From positions 12,276,001-12,340,000 of the forward strand of contig OX597816.1 of assembly GCA_951406725.2 (NCBI GenBank): a stretch of 64,000 nucleotides of DNA. The letters are read 5' to 3'. The notes beneath the pieces are model-generated. The model made no database searches. It was given only the letters and a program-made list of their open reading frames with translations, and had not been told where the DNA came from. This DNA is from Octopus vulgaris (lineage: Eukaryota). This document shows positions 25,836 through 38,975 of the stretch, in pieces (positions within the stretch are counted from its first letter, which is position 1; each line of letters begins with the position of its first letter). The translations under genes were made by a program, and so were the position numbers.

Positions 25836-26295
25836 TGTGTGTGTATGTGTATATATATATATAAAATGAATCACCAAAAAATGAAGAAAAAACACAAGAA
25901 AAACAATGCGAGGACGTGGTACATGTAAAGTATTAATAGATGCTCAGAGGATAGAAAGCTAGCTTTAGACAGACAGACAGATAGACAGACAGGCAGACAT
26001 AAGTGAGCACGTGCAAAACAAGGTGGAAAATATATATATATATACTCTTGTTTCAGTCATTTGACCGTGACCATGCTGGAGTACCGTCTTTAGTCGAACA
26101 AATCGCTCCCAAGAGCGATTCTTATATTCTTATTAACATTGTACTAAAATTTCTATACTAAATACCACACATTAAAAAAATACACATTTAAATGACATTA
26201 TTATTAATATCGTACTAAATATTTTCTATACTAAATAATACCCATTAAAAAAATATTTAAAAAATACACATTAAAACGATATATATATATATATA

Positions 26296-27850
26296 AAACT
26301 TAGATATGTTTCGACCAAAGATTGGTCCAGGCCATGTCTAACTTAATAGCACCACCTGATAGGATTATTCGAATCCTGTTTAAATCAAGTTTTGTTTAAG
26401 TCAAGTTTTGTTCAAGTAGTGACTTCTTGTTGGGTGAGTTGTATCCAATTATGGGTGGCTTATCTGGTATTCTTTGAAGGAATCTATCCAGACTCTGTTT
26501 AAAGTTGATGGGATCCTTTTCCTCTTTGATCTCCCTTGGGACAATGTTAAATAGGGCAGGGCCTGTTGAGGAAAATAAATTATGTTGCAGTGTACATGTA
26601 TGTTGTGATCTTGAATTGGGCAGGGGGCGTATAGCCCGTGGTCCAAGTCTTGGATGAACCTTGAAGCTAATGTTTAGGCTGTTTGGGCAAAGTTGGCGGT
26701 ATATTTTCCACATCGTACAAATGATGTACCGCTCACGGCGACGCTGGAGGGAGTAAAGTTTCAAGGCTTTAAGGCGATCCCAATAATCGAGAGCAGCCAT
26801 GCCTTCAATTTGTTTAGTGAGAGCCCTCTGGGGTGACTCAATTCTGGAGATGTTTTGTCTTGTGTGAGGAGACCACAGTGGGCAGCAGTATTCAAGGTGT
26901 GGCCGTACAAAGGAGGAAAAAAGTGGTATGATGACACCTTGTTCTCTGGACCGGAAAGTTCTTAAGATCCAGGAACTCATCCTACGAGCTATATCGACCT
27001 TCTTGTTGATGTGGGCATTCTCCAATTGAGATCGTCATCAACAATTACACCCAGGTCTCTGATATTGTTAGAGGCTGTGAGCGGCTCCCCTGAAGGAAGA
27101 GAGTATGGTTGTTTTAGTGAGGAATTTCTTCCAAAATGCATCAACTCAAATTTTCCCTCATTCAGTTGCATTTTGTTTCTGTCTGCCCATTGACTCACAG
27201 CATATAGATCAGACTGAAGTTGAGTTCGGTCTGCTTCTTCATTGACGATTTGCTGGAGCTTAGTGTCATCAGCGAATATTTTCACTTTGCAGTAATGTAC
27301 GACACTGGAAAGGTCGTTTACGTAAATTATGAAGAGTAGCGGACCCAAAACAGTTCCCCAGGGAACACCACTGGTGACTTTTGCTGGGTTTGAGTGGACT
27401 CCATCAACTACAACGTGTTGTGTTCTATTCGCTAGGAAATACTTACTCCAGTGTAGAACTTTTCCACGGATTCCAACATTTGCCAATTTTGAGAGTAGGA
27501 TGTTATGGTCTACCCTGTCGAACGCTTTACTGAAGTCAAGATATATGACGTCAGAGTTCAAACCTGTTCCCAAGGCTTTGAGTACATCTTCAATGTGGTG
27601 TAAGAGCTGTGTTAGGCAGTCCCTGCCACAGCGAAAGCCATGCTGATTTGAATTTAGGAGTTTGTGGGTCTCCAGGAAGTCAGCTATCCTTGATCTTAAC
27701 ACTCTTTCAAACACTTTAATGATGTGGGAGGTGAGTGAGATTGGGCGATAGTTGACTGCGAGGGATCTGTTTCCCTGTTTGAAAACCGGGATGACCGACT
27801 GGGAGAGAAACTGTTTCGGTATATAACCTGCGTCTAACGAATTTCTCCAG

Positions 27851-27853
<3 letters not shown>
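26296..27853 (-). mobile_element. 5'-truncated CR1-group LINE (RT domain, C-terminus, 3'UTR)
   Basis: NYRPISLTS, QHGFR, YLDFSKAFDRVDH, SGVP(W)GTVLGPLLF, FADDTK, FVRPHLEYC..WSP, LYSLQRRRER; one frameshift near 27020; (TA)n at both ends. Confidence 0.95.
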
Positions 27854-27901
<48 letters not shown>

Positions 27902-28264
27902 ATTCTTGTTGACTCCAATTTGTTTTCAGTTATCTATTCACACATGATAGAAGCCCAAACACCAAACACAAACCTGGAAGTACGTGTAATACTAGTACTG
28001 GATGACACAGGGTGAAATCTGAAGGTGGACAAGCTTTATTCTGTACTATACTATGTTCTTAACAGAATATACCATAACCATATATATATGTGTGTGTGTG
28101 TGTGTGTGTACACACAAACAATATTTGTAGCCACTTTAAGATTGCTGTCCATTTGAGTGAACTGTACTGCAATTTTTTTAACTCTAAGTGGCCATCACCT
28201 AGTTGGTCAACGATGCACAGGTGCATCTGATAAAATTTTGAACAGAGGAGTGGGCCCCTACCAC

Positions 28265-28578
28265 CCCCAGGACTTATTCTTTGTAAGCCTAGTACTTATT
28301 CTATCGGTGTCTTTTGCCAAACTGCTAAGTTACAGTGACGTAAGCACGCCAGCATCGGTTGTCAAGCGATGTTGGGGGGACAAACACAGACACACAAACA
28401 TATACATATATATATATGACAGGCTTCTTTCAGTTTTCGTTTATCAAATCCACATACACAAGTCTTTGGTTGGCCAAAAGTTATAGTAGAAGACACTGGC
28501 CCAATGTTCCACGCAGTGGGACTGAACCCAGAACCGTGTGGCTGGTAAGCAAGCTACTTACCACACAGTCACACCTGT
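28265..28578 (-). mobile_element. SINE family B
   Basis: Family B body and head in reverse orientation. Confidence 0.8.
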
Positions 28579-28925
28579 ATATATTCAACAAGATATTTTT
28601 CAGCTTCTGTCTGTTGGATCCACTCACAAGGCTTTGGTCATCCTGAGGCTATATCAGACCACACTCAGGATGCCATGCAGTAGGACTGAACCCAGAACCA
28701 TGTGGTAAGGAAGCAAGTTTTTTTTACCACACAACCATAACCATATCTTTTTGTTTTTATAGATTGGTTTATTTTGTACATAACAGTATTAGCATCTGTA
28801 CAGTCCAACTCATACCATATTTTTTTCAGCTAGTTACTTTTATACTACTTTGACAATCTCATTCAGCCACGGAATGAAAATTATGCTTGTCTCTGATAAA
28901 CGAGACAACAAGTAATTTATTATTA

Positions 28926-29112
28926 TGTTGTGTCTGGGGAGAATCATTTTCTTTTCATTCCTTATAATTTAACACACTCACCAGTAAAATTTCCACTTAT
29001 TTCTTATTTTTATTTTCATAAAATTTTCGTTGCATCTTGCAAACTTTTCGATAGTCTTGAGTGTGTTAAATTATAAGGCACACAAAAAAAATGACTCTCC
29101 CTAGACACAACA
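28926..29112. repeat. Inverted repeat with ~55-bp arms
   Basis: 28926-28980 mirrors 29058-29112. Confidence 0.75.
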
Positions 29113-29425
29113 GAATATGCTTCAACACACGAACTCATATAAAAAGATCTTGCAAACCAAATCCCAAACGAAATTTATTATTGATTTTCTTTTTAAGATT
29201 TAACCCATTTTGCCGAAATTTTTCTAGTGAATGAAATTGCCAGAAAATTCACGAATACTATTATTTTGACCTAAAGAACAACTGAAAAAAATTTCATTGA
29301 AACCCGTTTGATAGAGACTGCATACACATTAAGAAAATGATCCATTCTTTGATACAGATCATACACAAATCACAATTTGTATCAAGTATTTGTTTTCTAC
29401 CCTTATAAATTAAGGATCAGTTTAA

Positions 29426-29644
29426 CCCTTTAGTGTTCAGAGTATTCTATCAAACATAATGCTTATTGATTCACATTGATTTGAATTAAACATGCATTAT
29501 CTCATATCTTCAAGATCTTGATGGTGTAATTACTTAATGTAGAATAACATTGTAGGGTAGGTGTGAGAGCCTGGATCTGGTCAGTTTGAACATAAAACAG
29601 ATTAAATATTTTGGCCAGATATGGCCGGTTTAAATACTAAAGGG
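29426..29644. mobile_element. Intact piggyBac-type TTAA MITE family P1
   Basis: TTAA|CCCTTTAGT...ACTAAAGGG|TTAA. Confidence 0.85.
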
Positions 29645-29931
29645 TTAAACAGACGATAGGCACGAATGGGTTAAAATAAGTTTTATGATTCTAAGTTGTC
29701 TGAAACATTTAAAAGTTCAGATTATTCCTCCATATTTTACTGATGTTTAATTTACATTCTTCCAGATTTTATCATTTTTTGTATGCCATTCCCCAAATTT
29801 AATACTTATTTATATAAGTCTTAACTTGCAGACAAGAAATTTTAACCATTTTTTACCTATGGCCTCTTTAGATTCCTATTATACTCTGCTGGGCCACTAT
29901 AACAATTTGATGTTTTAAAAGATCCTCTTTA

Positions 29932-30350
29932 GATGCAGGAGTGGCTGTGTGGTAAGTAGCTTGCTTACCAGCCACATGATTCTGGGTTCAGTCCTACTGT
30001 GTGACACATTAGGCAAGTGTCTTCTACTATAGCCTCAGGCCAACCAAAACCTTGTGAATGGATTTGGTAGACAGGACTTATTCTTTGTAAGCCTAGTACT
30101 TATTCTATCGGTCTCTTTTGCTGAGCTGCTAAGTTATGGGGACATCAACACACCAGCATTGGTTGTCAAGCGATATTGGGGACACACACACACAAACATA
30201 TACAAACATATATATACACACACATACATATATACACACACACATACATATACACACACATACATATATATACACACACACATACATATATATATACACA
30301 CACACACACATACATATACACACATGCATACACATACACATACACACACA

Positions 30351-30433
<83 letters not shown>

Positions 30434-30580
30434 GAGGAGCTTCTTTCAGTTTCTATCTACCAAATCCATTCACAAGGCTTTGGTTGGCCTGAGGCAATAG
30501 TGGAAGACACTTGACCAAGGTGCCACAGAACACGGAACCGTGTGGTTGGTAAGCAAGCTACTTACCTCACAACCACTCCC
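29932..30580. mobile_element. Convergent family B SINE pair (29932-30070 on +, 30073-30580 on -)
   Basis: Head on + followed by a reverse copy with an expanded (CA)n. Confidence 0.75.
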
Positions 30581-31609
30581 ATAAGTGGGTGGTAGAGGAA
30601 GACTTTCTTGCTTTCCCATCTGAAGTGTTTTCCTCTTCTTTTAAAAAATTGTTTAAATATATTTTTTTATTTTGTAGAAATATAACCAATAAATGGAACT
30701 TAAACTTTAACAACAAACTCTTATACGGAACCCCCAAAGGTCATGTGGACCCTGATCGAGAGCCCCCATTGAAGGCCATCGATGTACAATATTTACTTTA
30801 TAATATGTCAAAGGTCACTTTTCTAAGATCACAATCTCATTAGGCCTCAACCATAAATTATCAAAAACAACAATAAATTGCTGGTCTTTGCATTACTAAC
30901 ACAGAAAACTGAAGAAGCAGAATGGTAGGAGTTTGGTAGATGCCACAAGTGGGTGGTAGAGGAAGGCTTCCTTGCTTTCCCATCTGAAGTGTTTTCCCCT
31001 TGTTTATTAATTAACCTTTCACCAATAATCTAATCATCTCAGGTCCAAATCTTCTGACTGCTTGATTAGTTTCTACTCACAAAGCTGGCGACTCTCCAGA
31101 GTTCAAGAAAATGACTGTCGGCTGGCTTAAAGAACTCCATGCTTTGATATGACTTGATTGCCAAATAAATGAAGTTCCTTATTTCTGAGCAGTTTAAATT
31201 ACATTACGTGGCTCTCCGCCACTTGACGTGTCATTATAGTTTTGTTATCGGACAGATTCTATTGCGTTCGGAAAATATTTGGTGCAGGAAAATTATTAAA
31301 GAATAAAGTGGAAGATCTGTGACTAAAAGATTCTGTTAAGTTCTTTGTTAGAAAAAAAAAAAATGTTTCTTTTAGATTATTATTATTATCATCATTATTA
31401 TTATTATTAAGGCAGAAATGTTAGCATGCTGGGCGAAATGCTTTGCGGTATTTCATCTTTATGTTCTGAGTTCAAATTCAACAGAGGTTAACTTTGCCTT
31501 TCATCCTTTCTGGGTCAATAAATTAAGTACCAGTTGCATACTGGAGTTGATCTAATTGACTGCCCCCACCTCCCCCAAAATTTCAGGCCTTGTGCTTAAA
31601 CCAGAAAAG

Positions 31610-31653
<44 letters not shown>

Positions 31654-32129
31654 TAAGGCGGCTAGCTGGCAGAATTGTTAGCATGCCAGGCAAAATGCTT
31701 TATGGTATGTCACCCATCCTTACGTTATGAGTTCAAATTCTGCCGAGGTTGAGTGTCTTTCATTTCAGGGTCACTAGAATAAATACCAACTGGGGTCAAT
31801 TTAATCAGCTGACCCTCTCCCTAAATTTCAGACTTTGTGCCTATAACAAAAAGGATTATTATTATTATTACTATTATTATTTGTTATATGGTGGCAGAAC
31901 TGTTAGCATGTTCAACAAAATGCTAAACAGCATTTTGTTCATATTTACATGTGAGTTCAAATCTCTAGTGAGGTTCGCTTTGCCTTTCAGCAATTCAGGG
32001 TCAACAAAATGAATACTAGTTAGTAGATTATGTCTGTGTTTGTCCCCTTCCACCGCTTAACAACAGGTGTTGGTGTGCTTATGTCCCTGTAATTTAGCAG
32101 CTAAGCGAAAGAGACTGATAGAATAAGTT

Positions 32130-32440
32130 TTTTTTTCCCGCCCTTTTCAAGCCTAGCCAGTCTCATGGGCCCGGTTTCCCAGTTTCTGTGGCATATGTGT
32201 TTCCCCCAGCTGGACGGGGCGCCAGTCCATCACAGTGTTACTCAAGAAACAGGAAGAAAGAGTGAGAGAAAATTGTGGTGAAAGAGTACAACAGGGGTCG
32301 CCACCACCCCCTGCTGGAGCCTCATGGAGCTTTTAGATGTTTTCACTCAATAAACACACACAACGCTTGGTCTGGGAATCGAAACTACGATCCTCCGACC
32401 ACGAGTTCACTGCCCTAACCACTGGGCCATTGCGCCTCCA
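32130..32440 (-). mobile_element. tRNA-headed SINE family D
   Basis: rc GGAGGCGCAATGGCCCAGTGGTTAGGGCAG...GTTTCGATTCCCAGACC...GATGGACTGGCG..CCGTCCAG. Confidence 0.75.
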
Positions 32441-33056
32441 TGATAGAATAAGTACCAGGCTTTAAAAGAAAGGGGGATTTTAAAAAAAGTCATTAAACTA
32501 AAAATTCATCAAGGTGTGCCCCAGCATGGCCACAGTCTAACGACTGAAACAAGTAAAGGATAAAACAATCTCCAGTCATAGAATATTGTGATAATCTGTT
32601 GTCTCATTCTAATGGAATTGCAGCAGATTATGTCAACCGGGTGTCAGATTAACAGCTAAAAAGATTACTGTTTGTAATACATCGGATCTTTGTGTCTGTT
32701 TTTAAGGCAATTACCTCACAAATGGCACATTCTACATTATGGATTATCTTTTAGCTGTTATCTTTTAATTACTTCAGTTAGTAGATTGAGGCCATGCTGG
32801 GGCACTGCTTTGAGGAATTTTTGATGAACGAATTCACCTCAGTACCTGGTACTGGTTCTGGTGGTTTTTTGCTGAACTGTTAAGTTAAGGGGATGTAAAC
32901 ACACCAACACTGGTTGCCGAGTGGTCGTGGAAGAGAAGCATACCCACACCCACATATGACAGGCTCCTTTCATTTTATCTACCAAATCCACTCACAAGGC
33001 TTTGTACAGACAGGACAATTTTAATTAATAAAATCTCAGGCGATATAATTGTGTGT

Positions 33057-33357
33057 GGAGGCATGTGGCCTAGTGGTTAGAGCAGTGGACTCGCAGTCGA
33101 GGGATCATGGATTCGAATCTCAGACCGGGCGATGTGTGTGTTTATGAGCGAAACACCTAAGCTCCACGTGGCTCCAGTAGAAGGTAATGGTGAACTTCTG
33201 CTGACTCTTTCACCACAATTTTCTCTCACTCTTTCCTCCTGCATCTTGCAACTCACCTGCCACGGACCGGCATCCCATCCAGGTGAGGAACCTGTACACC
33301 AAGGAACCCGGGAAACTGGCCCTAATGAGTCATGCATGGCTCATGAAGAAACAAACA
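33057..33357 (+). mobile_element. tRNA-headed SINE family D
   Basis: A box TGGCCTAGTGG, B box GATTCGAATC; body shared with 32130-32440. Confidence 0.8.
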
Positions 33358-33709
33358 GATATAATTGTATGTAGGCATAAGTGTTTAGCTACATTTAAGT
33401 TTTTTAAAAAGTAGATAGGAGAGAATCTGATCTTACAAACATTGACTTGCCTTAGTAAAATAAATTTTTTTTATTGCACTTTGGTTAGATTTGATCAACT
33501 TAAAGTCTAAGCATAAAATTCTTTATACTTTGGCATCTAAGTGATTAACGGGCTTAGCATTGCATTCAAACCTATTAACCTTCTATATATAACTTGTAAG
33601 TTAATGAGCATCGTAAATTGCAAATCACAAATATCAGTGAATTTTTATACTGTTCTGACTAACATTCTGCATATATAGATTCACCTTATTCTTAATTCTG
33701 AGCGGGATC

Positions 33710-34075
33710 ACTGCCAGAGAAGCTTCTGGCTTCCATGTCAGTGGGGACGTAAAAAGCACCATTTGAGCATGATCGTTACCAGCATCGCCTTACTGGCACT
33801 TGTGCCGATGGAACCTGAAAAAAACATTTGAGCGAGGTTGTTGCCAGTGCCGCTCGACTGACTCCTGTGCAGGTGGTACGTAAAAAACACCATTTCGAGT
33901 GTGGCCATTGCCAGTACCACCTGACTGGCTCTCGTGCAGGTGGCACGTAAAAAACACCCACTACACTCTCGTAGTGGTTGGCGTTAGGAAGGCATCCAGC
34001 TGTAGAAACAGTCAAACCGTCCAATCCATGCTGGCATGGAAAGCGGGCGTTAAAGGATGACGATGGATGATGATG
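33710..34075 (+). mobile_element. Family C with 4 internal ~66-bp units
   Basis: Repeated GGTGG.ACGTAAAAA.CACC; ends GCGTTAAAG(GAT)n. Confidence 0.7.
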
Positions 34076-34233
34076 ATCGGCAATCCAACTGTCCTCTTTT
34101 TAAATGGTTAACCAAATCCATGTCCTCGTTTTATTTTTGCATATATTTTTTTATTTTCATTCGCACAAATGCTATACTTCACAAGATACAGTGTGTGACA
34201 CATACACACACACACACGCACACACACACACAC

Positions 34234-34271
<38 letters not shown>

Positions 34272-35041
34272 AACAAGCTTCTTTCAATTTCTGTTTACTT
34301 ACTTTCACTTAAAAGGCATTGGCTACCAACAATCATAGAAGAAGATACTAGCTGCCCATGTCGTGAGAGTCAGGTGATGGAACTCGAAACCCCAGGGTTC
34401 CAAATCAAGCATCTTAATCGCACAGCCATTCCTGTACCTATTAAAATGATTAGATCTATTTTAGTCATAAAAATAATACTACAAAGACTTTGCATGCAGC
34501 TCTACTTCTCAAATCGTATCTCTCCCACGATGCTAGCAGAATAAAAGAAGATGAAGAGAGACAGCCAATTAGTTGCCTAACGATACGCAGCAGAATGGAA
34601 TTACAATGTTGCATCACTCGAACAAGTTTTCTCCATCAGAATTAAGAAAACACTACCACACTGACCATCTGATAGCCCAAACACAACAAGACATGAATCT
34701 ATCTTACTTCTACAATTTAATATTATTCCCACCTTACATATGTAGAATGTAAGCAAAACATTTTCGAGACAGACAGACACTGTTTAATTGGTGAAACTTT
34801 TTCTTACAAACACATTTGTATCATCTGTCAATGTGTCTCCTTTCTGTTGTTTTTCTTTTTAATATTACTGTGCCAATGTAGGTGAAGGAGTGGCTGTGTG
34901 GTAAGAAGCTTACTTACCAAAAGTACATTGTTGCGGGTTCAGTCCCACTGTGTGGCACCTTGGGCAAGTGTCTTCTACTATAGCCTCGGACCAAAGACTT
35001 GTGAGTGGATTTGGTAAACGGAAACCGAAAGAAGCTTGTCA

Positions 35042-35074
<33 letters not shown>

Positions 35075-35091
35075 GACCGAGTGTGTGTGTG

Positions 35092-35146
<55 letters not shown>

Positions 35147-35232
35147 ATTCGAGACAAAACCACTATTTTGCAAAACAAACAAGGAAAGACTTAATCAATA
35201 CATAAAAATTTTTAATATAAAGAAATAAACCG

Positions 35233-35275
35233 CCACTACAATCGTTTCATGTCTTCAATGACATTCGTCAGGTGG
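35233..35275 (-). ncRNA. Type-I hammerhead family H5, intact core
   Basis: rc CCAC-CTGACGA-ATGTC-ATTGAA-GACAT-GAAAC-GATT-GTA-GTGG: all three stems pair; GUA cleavage triplet. Confidence 0.8.
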
Positions 35276-35465
35276 ATTTTCGATCTAAAATATCAATATA
35301 TTAAAATATAAGTTTAAAATAATAAAATTATCAATGAAAAACATAAATATATATAATCTATATATAATCTATATATAATTAATATATAATCCTAAATCTG
35401 ATTTTTCCCTGTAAATTTGGATTTATTCCCTAATATTTATTATTATATATATATATATATATGTA

Positions 35466-35506
<41 letters not shown>

Positions 35507-35571
35507 CCGCGTGTGTATCATTGGCGATTTTTTCCTCTGTCTTCCCCTCCTTGGATTTTTTCTTTTCATGT

Positions 35572-35606
35572 GTTTCTGACGAAGAGCTCTGCTTGAAACG
35601 TTAAAT
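35572..35606 (+). ncRNA. Minimal hammerhead family H2, intact core
   Basis: GTTT-CTGACGA-A-GAGC-TCT-GCTT-GAAAC-GTT-AAAT, within an element at ~35505-35708. Confidence 0.7.
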
Positions 35607-35722
35607 CCTCCTTTTTTTCCCTTTCCTGAGCGTCTAATAACACTATACTTGTTCCACGTCCTCGCGTTGTTGTGTTTTCTCTTTGTGTTTTCATGTTTGG
35701 ATCAACTATATATATATATATA

Positions 35723-36110
35723 GGTGCAGGAGTGACTGTGTAGCAAGTAGCTTGCTTCCAACCACGTGGTTGCGGGTTCAGTCCCACTGCATGGCATCTT
35801 GGGCAAGTGTCTTCTACTATGGCGTGAGATCAACCAAAGCTTTGCGAGTGGATTTGGTGGACAGAGGCTGGAGGATGCTCGTTGTATATGTATGTATGTA
35901 TGTATGTATTTGTATGTCTGTGTTTGTCTACACCACCATCGCTTGACAACCGATGTTGGTGTGTTTACATCCCTGTAACTTAGCGGTTCGACACAAGAGA
36001 CTGATAGAATAAGCACTAGGCTTACAAAGACTAAGTTATAGATCCAATTTGTTCAACTAAAGGCGGTGCTCCAGCCTGGCCGCAATCAAATGACTGAAAC
36101 AAATAAAAGA
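35723..36110 (+). mobile_element. Full-length SINE family B
   Basis: GGTGCAGGAGTG.CTGTG head, GGGTTCAGTCCC B box, CORE-like CTTGGGCAAGT, tail GGCGGTGCTCCAGC...GACTGAAAC. Confidence 0.85.
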
Positions 36111-36114
36111 ACCA

Positions 36115-36425
36115 CTGATTCACTGGAGAAGTTAACTTGGTCTCCTAGGTAATGGAAACTATCTGCTACCTCTAGTTTACCCTCCTGGCGGTCGATGGAG
36201 TCTATTTTCCATATATATCTGGTGTTTATAACCCCTGTGCATCTTCCACACACTAAAGCTATTTTCCCTGTTAACCTTCCTCTGATATTGCTGCACCTCT
36301 TATGTGTCCATAGATTACACTGGGTACATCTTATGGAGTTTCTACCTACACCTTTTCTACAGATTGAGCAGGGCCATTCTACTTGAAGGGATTTGTGATT
36401 TCTCTGCTTTCCTATCAACTTTAGT
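36115..36425 (-). pseudogene. RTE-clade LINE RT fragment with a Cys/His (PHD-like) finger
   Basis: ORF 36086-36418: WPCSICRKGVGRNSIRCTQCNLWTHKRCS...CGRC followed by LEVADSFHYLGD (RT F.YLG motif). Confidence 0.8.
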
Positions 36426-37399
36426 AATAATATTAATAGCCCCTTTTTACTATAGGCACAAGGCCTGAAATTTGAGTGATGGGGATAGTCGATTACATCG
36501 ACCCCAGTACGCAGTTGGTACTTAATTTATCAACCCTGAAAGGATGAAAGGCAAAGTCGACCTCAGTGGAATCTGAACTCAGAACGTAGTGGCAGATAAA
36601 ATACCGCTAAGCATTTCACCTGATGTGCTGACAATTCTGACTGCTCACCGCCTTAATAATATTCGTTTCTGATCTAGGCACAAAGCCCGGAATTCGTGGG
36701 GAGGGGGCCAGTCGATTAGATCAACCCCAGTACACAACTGGTAAATTTAGATACAAAGCCAATAATTCTGGCCTTCTGACATAATATTGCACCTAGAACT
36801 ACTCAGACAGGGAATGTCTTCAGAAACTTAAAGAGATGTAAGCACAACCTATAATGCTGCTGGTGCTACAGCATGGCCTTACTCTTAAGCTGGGACAGGT
36901 AAAAAACCAAGTTTGTGCTATACTTTTGTCACTTTGCTCCAAATCATCTCAGGTGTCTCACACCCCTTTAGGTAACCAATATATTTTAAGGGTCACTCTT
37001 GACTTTAGACACAAGACTAATAATTCTGGGCTTCTACAATAATATTCTTTTCTACTCTAGGCAGAAGGCCTGAAATTTTGGGAGTGGGGCCAGTTGATTA
37101 GAGCGATCCCTAGTACAAAACTGGTACTTAATTTATTGACCCCAAAAGGATGAAAGGCAAAGTCGACTGTGGTGGAATTTGAACTCAGAACGTAAAGACA
37201 GATGAAATACGGCTAAGCAGGCGATAGTTTATAGGCGTAGGAGTGGCTGTGTGGTATGTAGCTTGCTTACGGACCACATGATTCCAGGTTCAGTCCCACT
37301 GTGTGACACCTTGAGCAAGTGACTTCTACTGTAGCATTGGGCTGACCAAAGCCTTATGAGTGGATTTGGTAGATGGAAACTGAAAGAAGCCTGTTGTAT

Positions 37400-38057
37400 A
37401 TATGTATATGTTCTTGGGGGCGATTCAGCGTGACACAGAGTGTGACAAGGCTGGCCCCTTTGAAATACAGGTACAAAAGAAACAGGAAGAAAGAGTGAGA
37501 GAAAGTTGTGGTGAAAGAGTACAGCAGGGTTCACCTCCACCCCTGAGGGAGCCTCCTGGAGCTTTAGGTATTTTTGCTCAATAAACACTCACAATGTCTG
37601 GTCTGGAAATTGAAACCATGATCCTACGACCACGAGTCCGTTGCCTTAATCACTGGTCCATTGCACCCCTACTAGGAGCATTCTGTCAGTTATGATGACA
37701 AGGGTTCCAGTTGATCTGATCAGCAGAACAGCCTGCTTGTGAAATTAACGTGCAAGTGGCTGAGTACTCCACAGACATGTGTACCCTTAATGTAGTTCTT
37801 GGGGGGATTCAGCGTGACACAGAGTGTGACAAATCTGGCCCCTTTGAAATACAGGTACAACAGAAACAGGAAGAAAGAGTGAGAAAAAGTTGTGGTGAAA
37901 GAATACAGCAGGGTTCACTACAACCCCCTGCCGGAGCCTCGTGGACCTTTAGGTATTTTCGCTCAATAAACATTCACAGCGCCCGGTCTGGGAATCGAAA
38001 CTGTGATTCTATGACCGCGAGTCTTCTGCTCTAACCACTGAACCATTGCACCTCCAT
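37400..38057 (-). mobile_element. Two tandem family D-related SINEs with a longer body
   Basis: Duplicated GATTCAGCGTGACACAGAGTGTGACAA...CCACTG..CCATTGCACC. Confidence 0.75.
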
Positions 38058-38359
38058 ACAATCAAAGTAAATGGTATTTTTCATCAGAGATGATGCACAT
38101 GTCTGCAGTGTGTTTGTATTAGCTAAATATACCAAAGTTGAAATGGTGCTACTTTATGGAGCTGTAAAGATCTTCAAAGATGTTCGTTTCTTCTTATTTT
38201 TTTAGCATTGTTTTTTTTTTGTTTTGTTTTCCTAATTAGCAATTCAACACGTGAACACAACTCTGTACACTATCACATCGAACACTAATGACATATTTTG
38301 CTTCCTTTTATATGTGTGAGTGGGGGTGGGGGTGGAGGGTAGACGTGTCTCTGATAGTG

Positions 38360-38975
<616 letters not shown>

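Noticed and set aside
27854-27918. N-terminus of the 309-aa RT ORF (MESTRITYIYIY...)
   Set aside because: Read-through from (TA)n; the LINE is 5'-truncated at 27853, so this is not an intact gene
33057-33130. tRNA gene (also 10688-10752 and SINE A/B heads)
   Set aside because: A/B boxes are present but there is no complete acceptor stem, and each continues into a SINE body
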